NCBI GenBank assembly: GCA_035705335.1
Contig: DASSWD010000089.1
Span: forward strand, 1-34,879
Origin: Marinobacter sp.
GTDB taxonomy: Bacteria; Pseudomonadota; Gammaproteobacteria; Pseudomonadales; Oleiphilaceae
Length of the DNA: 34,879 bases
Direction: 5' to 3'
Shown: positions 28,880 to 34,879 of the stretch, piece by piece
Layout: the number at the start of each line of letters is the position of its first letter
Numbering within the stretch: the stretch's first letter is position 1
Notes under the pieces: model-generated
What the model was told of the DNA's origin: nothing
Databases searched by the model: none
What the model saw: the letters and a program-made list of their open reading frames with translations, nothing else
Translations under genes and position numbers: made by a program

Positions 28880-30438
28880 TGAGTAGACACCATCTCGTTG
28901 GTATTGCCGTCTTCGTTGCGTTCGGCGTTGCGATCAGCCTGGCGTTGAGCCGCAGCATTTACCAGGAGGAAACCCACGCAATCAACCTTGAATTCCGCGC
29001 CACCATAGATCGCCTCTCTTCAGCTGTTGAGCGAGAGGCGCTCCTGAACCTGGAAATTCTGTATGCCCTGAAGACGGCCGTGGTGCTGGTGCCTGAGATG
29101 AACTCTGTCAAGTTCCGCGCGCTTACCCAGAGCCTTCTGGAGCGATCGCCCGCCATTCAGGCGTTGGCCTGGGCGCCCTGGCTGCCCGCGGCTGACGCCG
29201 CGCGGTTTGAAGTGGCCATGCGCCGGGAGTTCGAAGAGTTTCGGCTGATGGAGATCAGCCCGGACGGCCTGCGACCCATTACGCGCCGGCCCTGGTATGT
29301 TCCGGTTCAGTACATCGAACCCATGGCCACCAATCGGGCTGCACTGGGCTTTGATCTCGCCAGTGAGGAGTCTCGGCGTCTGGCGCTGCTCCGGGCCCGG
29401 GATACCGGGACCATGGCCGCGACTGCTGGCATTCGCCTGGTGCAGGAAACCGATGATCAGACTGGCTTTCTGGTGTTTGCCCCGCTTTATGACGTCGGCC
29501 CCGGTGCCACAGGGCAAGACCGCCCAGGTGCACTGACCGGGTTCATCAATGGCGTTTTTCGGGTGGGGACCCTGGTTGAACAATCGATCGGCGCAGAGCT
29601 CTCGGACCAGTTCCTTTTTGAGATCCATGATGTGACGGACGAACGTCCCATCCTGATCTACCGTTCCGATTCGTCTGCGGATACCTCCCGGTGGCGACAG
29701 GATCAGCGCTATCAGGCCGGACGAGTTGACATAGGGGGGCGCTCGTGGCGGATGTCCGCGACACCGGCCACAGCCTTCATTTCGTCCCGTCGGAGTCTGT
29801 TGCCACCGCTGGTGGCGGCATCGGGCATCGTTCTGGTCGGCTCACTCGGGCTATATGTTGCGCTGAGCCTGCGCAGTAATGCCGCACTTCGAAAGACCAG
29901 AGATGAGCTGGAGGCCATTTCGCTGACCGACGGCCTCACCGGCGTTGCCAACCGGCGACACTTCGACGAGTGCCTTGACCGGGAATACCGGCTGGCAATC
30001 CGCAACGGCACTGCGCTGTCGCTGGTGATGATCGATATCGACTACTTCAAGCCGTTCAATGATCATTACGGCCACTTTGAGGGGGATCGATGCCTGAAAG
30101 AAGTTGCCCGCATTCTGAAGGAAACCGTCAATCGCCCGACCGATCTGGTGGCACGTTACGGTGGTGAGGAGTTCGCTCTGGTTCTGCCGGACACACCCAA
30201 CCCGGTGGAGGTCGCCGAGAAGTGCCGGAAAGCGATTCAGGCGGCAGCCATAACTCACGAGCATGGCGTGGAGGCCGGGGTCGTCACTATCAGCCTGGGG
30301 TGTACGTCTGTGGTGGGTAGTGAGTCCGGGCACGACCTGAACCATCTGGTACAGACCGCTGATCTGGCGTTGTATACCGCCAAAGAGCAGGGCCGTAATC
30401 AGGTTCAGTTTCTGTCGGTGAAGGCCAGTCAGGAATAG
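28879..30438 (+). CDS. CHASE-domain sensor diguanylate cyclase
   Basis: TM, CHASE (ALAWAP, PVQYIEP--N--ALGFDL, IRLVQE, GFLVFAPLY, GGRSW), TM, then TDGLTGVANRR, DIDYFK-FND-YGH, RPTD I-site and GGEEF. ATG overlaps the MFS stop (TGATG). Confidence 0.93.
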   Translation: MSRHHLVGIAVFVAFGVAISLALSRSIYQEETHAINLEFRATIDRLSSAVEREALLNLEILYALKTAVVLVPEMNSVKFRALTQSLLERSPAIQALAWAPWLPAADAARFEVAMRREFEEFRLMEISPDGLRPITRRPWYVPVQYIEPMATNRAALGFDLASEESRRLALLRARDTGTMAATAGIRLVQETDDQTGFLVFAPLYDVGPGATGQDRPGALTGFINGVFRVGTLVEQSIGAELSDQFLFEIHDVTDERPILIYRSDSSADTSRWRQDQRYQAGRVDIGGRSWRMSATPATAFISSRRSLLPPLVAASGIVLVGSLGLYVALSLRSNAALRKTRDELEAISLTDGLTGVANRRHFDECLDREYRLAIRNGTALSLVMIDIDYFKPFNDHYGHFEGDRCLKEVARILKETVNRPTDLVARYGGEEFALVLPDTPNPVEVAEKCRKAIQAAAITHEHGVEAGVVTISLGCTSVVGSESGHDLNHLVQTADLALYTAKEQGRNQVQFLSVKASQE

Positions 30439-32267
30439 GCGGCCCGGGGGTTGCGGGGATAATAGCGCTCCGGCAGGCGCTCAATGTGTGGGAAAAACCG
30501 CGTGTCCTTGTAGGGCATCTTCATGTAACCCGACACCCCCAGCCCGCTGATCTGGGCCACGGCCTCCAGAATTTCATCCAGCAGGGCCCGGAATTCCTGC
30601 TCCCGCTCCGGGTCCAGCAGCCGGTAATGGCTGTGTATCTTCAGGTGGCGGGGCAGGGCCTCGAAGATGATCATCCCGGTGTGGTGAATGCTGTTGAGGG
30701 TTTCCAGAGCGTGGATGATGGTGGCAGGCAGCACCAGAAATTCTTCCGGGTCAGGGCCGTCCTCGAAGTAGGAATGCACCCGGCTTTCGTCTTCCATCTC
30801 GGGCGCTGCGCTGACTTCGTAATGCAGAGTCATGCCCTGAGCCACAATGAAAGGCTGGTCTGGATCGTCCCGGTCAATGTGTAACGTGTTTCTGGCGTTG
30901 AACAGGCAGCTTTTGAAAATGCCTTTTCGGTAGATGGCCTGGGCCAGATACACCATGTTGTTGACCGCCTGCACAAAAGCGGATTTCAGAGCCGGGTCGT
31001 GCAGGTTCAGGGACGTGTCGATGTATACTCCTTCGGTTTCCCAGCGCACCGCCAGACCGCCTTCCACGGGGTAACGCCCCAACCGGCTGACCGCCGCCAG
31101 GAAGGCTTTCTCGGTATCGCCCATGCCCTGCATGAAGTTCTTGTAGTAACGGTCGAGCTGCACATCGTTGACGTCGTTCAGGGTTTCCGGCGCGCCTTCC
31201 TCCCGCAAGAATGCCTTACGCGAGCTGTACACCACGGTGTCGATGTCCTGGCCTGAGGCACGGACCCACACCGGCACCTGCTGGGTCGCTGGTGGTTCCG
31301 GCAGGTCGATCATCACGGTTCGTGCCATCCTTGGCATTTCCCTGAGAAAGTAGTCACCGGCGTTTCGGCGGGCCTGGGCATCCGGTGACAGCATGCCGTC
31401 CAGCATCCGGGCAAATTCCATGGGCAGGCCGAGCGCGGTGGCCGGAATCGCCTTATGGCCGAACCGGCAGGACTGGGCTGACGCTAGCGCGTACAGGGTG
31501 CCCGCCGCACCCTGCTCGTCAAATCGCGGGGAGGACAGGCCGCCGTTCAACTGGTCCTCGCCAATGAAGTAGACGTCCCCCAGCCGGGCATTGGTTTGCT
31601 GCAGGTTATCCGACATCAGTTCCATGACGTTGGACGAGATAAACTGCCCATTGGCGTCCAGTTGGGCAAACACCGATGAGCCCCAGTCGATCAGCGCAAT
31701 GGTTTCGGTGGTGTCATCAAACACCAGGTTGGAGGGTTTGATGTCTCCGTGCACGATGGGCCGGCCAGCGCGACTGGTTTCGCACCGCAGGCTGCGCAGA
31801 ATGTCCGCAAGCTGATCGGCGATGCGCAGAATCAATCGGGGTTTCAGTCGACCTTCGCACAGTGACACCTCCTCAAGATTGAGGCCGGCGGCCCGTTCCA
31901 TCACCAGAATGGGCTGGTTGTTGGCCCGCTGGAAGGAAATCAGGCGGGGCACGTAGGGGTGTTCCACCTGCTCCAGAATGTAGGCTTCGTCTTCCAGCCG
32001 ATCCTGCAGGTGGCGGGGCAGGTTGATCCGCGTAAACTTGAACACGTGCTCTGGCCCCCGGGCACCCGGCGTGGGCAGGCGCCCGGCAAACACGAAGCCA
32101 TAGGCGCCTTTGCCGATCAGTTCGATATCCTCGTACCCCAGCTGCCGGAGCTGGTCCGCGCAGAGCGCAACCCAGTCCTTCAGCTTGCGGGCGTCGTCGT
32201 GGCTGAGCAGATAGATCGACTGCTCTTCCGGGATATAGAACTGCTGCAGCGGCCGGTCCTGAGCCAT
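30429..32267 (-). CDS. Atypical Hanks-type Ser/Thr protein kinase with uncharacterised C-terminal domain
   Basis: Gly loop IGKGAYG, Lys in VFKF, helix-C Glu (LEDEA), hinge LVME, catalytic HGDIKPSN, DWG in place of DFG. Confidence 0.88.
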   Translation of the reverse strand: MAQDRPLQQFYIPEEQSIYLLSHDDARKLKDWVALCADQLRQLGYEDIELIGKGAYGFVFAGRLPTPGARGPEHVFKFTRINLPRHLQDRLEDEAYILEQVEHPYVPRLISFQRANNQPILVMERAAGLNLEEVSLCEGRLKPRLILRIADQLADILRSLRCETSRAGRPIVHGDIKPSNLVFDDTTETIALIDWGSSVFAQLDANGQFISSNVMELMSDNLQQTNARLGDVYFIGEDQLNGGLSSPRFDEQGAAGTLYALASAQSCRFGHKAIPATALGLPMEFARMLDGMLSPDAQARRNAGDYFLREMPRMARTVMIDLPEPPATQQVPVWVRASGQDIDTVVYSSRKAFLREEGAPETLNDVNDVQLDRYYKNFMQGMGDTEKAFLAAVSRLGRYPVEGGLAVRWETEGVYIDTSLNLHDPALKSAFVQAVNNMVYLAQAIYRKGIFKSCLFNARNTLHIDRDDPDQPFIVAQGMTLHYEVSAAPEMEDESRVHSYFEDGPDPEEFLVLPATIIHALETLNSIHHTGMIIFEALPRHLKIHSHYRLLDPEREQEFRALLDEILEAVAQISGLGVSGYMKMPYKDTRFFPHIERLPERYYPRNPRAAYS

Positions 32268-32276
32268 AACTTCCGG

Positions 32277-33560
32277 TCAGCCGAGGTGCAACAGCATGGA
32301 TTGGGGGGCTTCCAGATACCCCTTCCAGGTGTTGCAGAACCGGGCAATGGTGCCGCCATCAATAATGCGGTGGTCACCGGCCCAGCTCACGGTGAGAATG
32401 GACCGCTCCACCACCTTGCCTTTGGCGTTGAAGCGGGGCAGTTTCTGTACCCGGCCAAGCGCCACGATGGCCACTTCCGGCGCATTGATGATCGGCGCCG
32501 CGTAGGTGCCGCCCAGAGCACCAATGTTGGAAACGGTAATGGTGCCGCCTTTCAGGTCATCCGGGCTGACGCGCCCGCCACGGGCCGCTTCGGTGAGCCG
32601 CGACACCTCCTCGGCGACCCCAAGCAGGGTCAGGCGGTCGACATTCTTGACGTTCGGCACCACCAGTCCGGCTTCGCCGTCCACTGCCATCCCGATGTTG
32701 ACGTGGGGCAGGTAGTGAATCTCCGTGGCGTCGTCGTTCAGCCGGCTGTTCAGCACCGGGTAATCCCGGATGGCCAGGGCCATGGCTTTCATGAAAAACG
32801 GCATCAGCGTGAGCCGGTGGCCGCGGGCTTCCGCGTCGGGCTTGAGCTGCTCCCGCAGGGCCAGCAGGCCGGTCACATCGATGTCTTCGCTGTAGATGAA
32901 GTGGGGGATGGTGGTGGCCGACCGCACCATCGCCTTGGCCATGGCCGCTTTCATGCCTTTGATCGGCTCAACCCGGATCTCGGCCTGTTGCTGGCCCGTC
33001 CGGGTGTTGCTGACTGGAGGGGCTGTCCTGGCAAGGCTGGTTGAGTCATCGGGCGCCTCCACGTAGGCCAGCACGTCGGCTTTCAACACCCGGCCATCTT
33101 TTCCGGAGCCGGGTATGTCTGACAGATTTACACCATGTTCGCGCACCAGGCGGCGAACCGCGGGGCTTGCCGGAATTCGGGATCGTTCCGCCGAAGGTTC
33201 ACGGCTGGCTGCGCTCTGGCGGGTGGAGTCGTTGTCTTGACTAACCGCCGCCAGTCCGGGCCCAGGTTCGGGCTTTGATTCGGGCGCTGAGGGCTGCTCG
33301 TTCTGGGTCTCAGCCGCCGAGTCGCCGTCTTCCAACAACGCAAACAGTGGCGCGTGCACTTTCGCAATCTCGCCTTCCTTGTAATACAGCCGCGTGACCT
33401 TGCCGCTGCTGGGGGCAGGTATTTCCACCAGCGCCTTGTCAGTCATCACTTCAACAACCGGCTGATCCTCTTCAATCACGTCGCCTTCGCTGACCAGCCA
33501 TTTGACCAGCTCACACTCCACGATACCTTCGCCGATATCGGGCAGAATGAAATCACTCAT
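32277..33560 (-). CDS. Dihydrolipoamide acyltransferase E2 of branched-chain 2-oxoacid dehydrogenase
   Basis: Single lipoyl domain (LPDIGEGI, VMTDKALVE), E3-binding PASPAVRRL...GSGKDGRVLK-DV, catalytic DHRIIDG. True start is ATG 33560 after AGGAG; the ORF-track extension to 33839 is spurious. Confidence 0.93.
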   Translation of the reverse strand: MSDFILPDIGEGIVECELVKWLVSEGDVIEEDQPVVEVMTDKALVEIPAPSSGKVTRLYYKEGEIAKVHAPLFALLEDGDSAAETQNEQPSAPESKPEPGPGLAAVSQDNDSTRQSAASREPSAERSRIPASPAVRRLVREHGVNLSDIPGSGKDGRVLKADVLAYVEAPDDSTSLARTAPPVSNTRTGQQQAEIRVEPIKGMKAAMAKAMVRSATTIPHFIYSEDIDVTGLLALREQLKPDAEARGHRLTLMPFFMKAMALAIRDYPVLNSRLNDDATEIHYLPHVNIGMAVDGEAGLVVPNVKNVDRLTLLGVAEEVSRLTEAARGGRVSPDDLKGGTITVSNIGALGGTYAAPIINAPEVAIVALGRVQKLPRFNAKGKVVERSILTVSWAGDHRIIDGGTIARFCNTWKGYLEAPQSMLLHLG

Positions 33561-33586
33561 GGTTCGTCTCCTGTCCTGATATCCGC

Positions 33587-34564
33587 CTAGAATTCCACGC
33601 TGGCCCTGATGGCGTCGTACACCTTCAGGTGATTGGGCAGGTGCTCTTTTTCCAGCACCAGGGGGAAGGGCGTATCCAGCCCGGTTACCCGCGCGATGGG
33701 CGATTCCAGATACAGGAAACAGCGTTCCTGTATGGTGGCAGCGATTTCCCCGGCAAAGCCGCCGGTCAGCGGGGCTTCGTGGGTGACCACCAGGCGACCG
33801 GTCTTGAACACCGAGCTGGCAACGGTATCGACGTCCCATGGCAGGATGGTGCGCAGATCGATCACCTCGCAGGAGATGCCTTCCTTCTCTGCCCGTTCCA
33901 CGGCCTGATCAATGACCTCCATCTGGGCGCCCCAGCCCAGCACCGTCACGTCGGAACCTTCTTTGATGATCTCCGCTTCGCTCAGGGGTAGCTGATAGGC
34001 GTCGTCCGGAACTTCGCCCACTGAGGCGCGGTACAGACGCTTTGGCTCGAAAAACAGCACCGGGTTGGGGTCATGGATGGCCGCCAGCAGCAAGCCTTTG
34101 GCCTGATGCGGGTTACGCGGCACCACAATTTTCAGGCCCGGGGTGTGGGCGAAGTACGCCTCCGGCGACTGGGAATGATAAAGCCCGCCGGCGATGCCGC
34201 CGCCATAGGGTGCCCGGATGGTCAGGCCGCCTACGTTAAACAGATTGCCGGAGCGGTACCGGAACTTGGCGGACTCGTTCACGATCTGGTCGAACGCCGG
34301 GAAGATGTAGTCGGCAAACTGAATCTCTGCCACCGGGACATGGCCCTGGGCGGCGAGGCCGTTGGCAAACCCGATGATGCCTTGCTCCACCAGCGGGGTG
34401 TTGAAACAGCGATGCTTGCCGTATTTCTGCTGCAAATGGCTGGTGGCCCGGAAAACGCCGCCAAACACGCCGACGTCTTCGCCGAAACACAGCACTTTGT
34501 CGTTTTCCGCCATGGCGGTGTCCAGGGCGCTGTTGATGGCCTGGAGCATGTTCATTCTGGACAT
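33587..34564 (-). CDS. Branched-chain 2-oxoacid dehydrogenase E1 beta subunit
   Basis: [66 protein letters not shown]. Confidence 0.95.
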   Translation of the reverse strand: MSRMNMLQAINSALDTAMAENDKVLCFGEDVGVFGGVFRATSHLQQKYGKHRCFNTPLVEQGIIGFANGLAAQGHVPVAEIQFADYIFPAFDQIVNESAKFRYRSGNLFNVGGLTIRAPYGGGIAGGLYHSQSPEAYFAHTPGLKIVVPRNPHQAKGLLLAAIHDPNPVLFFEPKRLYRASVGEVPDDAYQLPLSEAEIIKEGSDVTVLGWGAQMEVIDQAVERAEKEGISCEVIDLRTILPWDVDTVASSVFKTGRLVVTHEAPLTGGFAGEIAATIQERCFLYLESPIARVTGLDTPFPLVLEKEHLPNHLKVYDAIRASVEF

Positions 34565-34565
34565 A

Positions 34566-34879
34566 TCAGGCCTCCCTGTTCGCGTTGGTCTGGGTGTCTG
34601 TGGCGTGCTGCGCGCTCTTGGGGTATTCGTCGGGATACCGGCGGATGTGGGCTTTGAGTCCGACCAACTGGTCCGCCAGAGCGGGTGTCACGTCGGAATA
34701 GACATCGGTAATCAGGGTATCCAGCGCGGGAGGCGGGCGTTTCTGGGCCCGTTTCATGGTTTCAAGCACCTCTTTTCGCAGGCTTTCCTGCAGGGCTTTT
34801 TCGTCCTGCTCGGCCCACCATTTTTTACCTTCCAGCCACAGCCGCATCCGCAGGATGGGGTCTTTTTCCCGCCATACTG
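34566..34879 (-). CDS. Branched-chain 2-oxoacid dehydrogenase E1 alpha subunit, 3' part (truncated by window edge)
   Basis: Frame reads [15 protein letters not shown]...LITDVY...[10 protein letters not shown], typical of an E1a C-terminus; ends 1 bp before E1b. Confidence 0.88.
   Translation of the reverse strand, partial: VWREKDPILRMRLWLEGKKWWAEQDEKALQESLRKEVLETMKRAQKRPPPALDTLITDVYSDVTPALADQLVGLKAHIRRYPDEYPKSAQHATDTQTNANREA

Noticed and set aside
33561-33839. 93-aa N-terminal extension of E2 in the ORF track
   Set aside because: It overlaps E1 beta in another frame; a good RBS and a typical MSDFILPDIGEG start lie at 33560.

Overview
GC-rich (roughly 60% by eye) gammaproteobacterial chromosomal segment; protein content and gene order suggest a Marinobacter-like organism (inference). 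It is almost fully coding, with 30 CDS. I found no rRNA, tRNA, CRISPR, IS or phage features. Left to right: a Pseudomonas xcp-style type II secretion operon gspEFGHIJKLM, followed by a GNAT and glutathione reductase; a minus-strand TonB-dependent receptor / periplasmic binding protein / hybrid histidine kinase triad; a degenerate membrane-anchored J-domain protein; a FadR regulator with an SBF-like transporter; a Baeyer-Villiger monooxygenase; a LysR divergent from a DabB-DabA (MpsAB-type) inorganic carbon pump; a stand-alone fabH; a Zn alcohol dehydrogenase; a peptidoglycan-binding protein; an MFS transporter translationally coupled to a CHASE-GGDEF cyclase; and a branched-chain 2-oxoacid dehydrogenase operon (E1a partial, E1b, E2). 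Three leads stand out. (1) The bkd operon ends not in E3 but in an atypical 612-aa Hanks-type Ser/Thr kinase 9 bp downstream of E2. (2) The receptor-binding protein-kinase triad lacks any ABC permease or ATPase and looks like a trans-envelope signalling device. (3) A LysR-linked DAB carbon pump lies next to fabH with no carbon-fixation genes in the window. All calls are from motif reading only; no searches were run.
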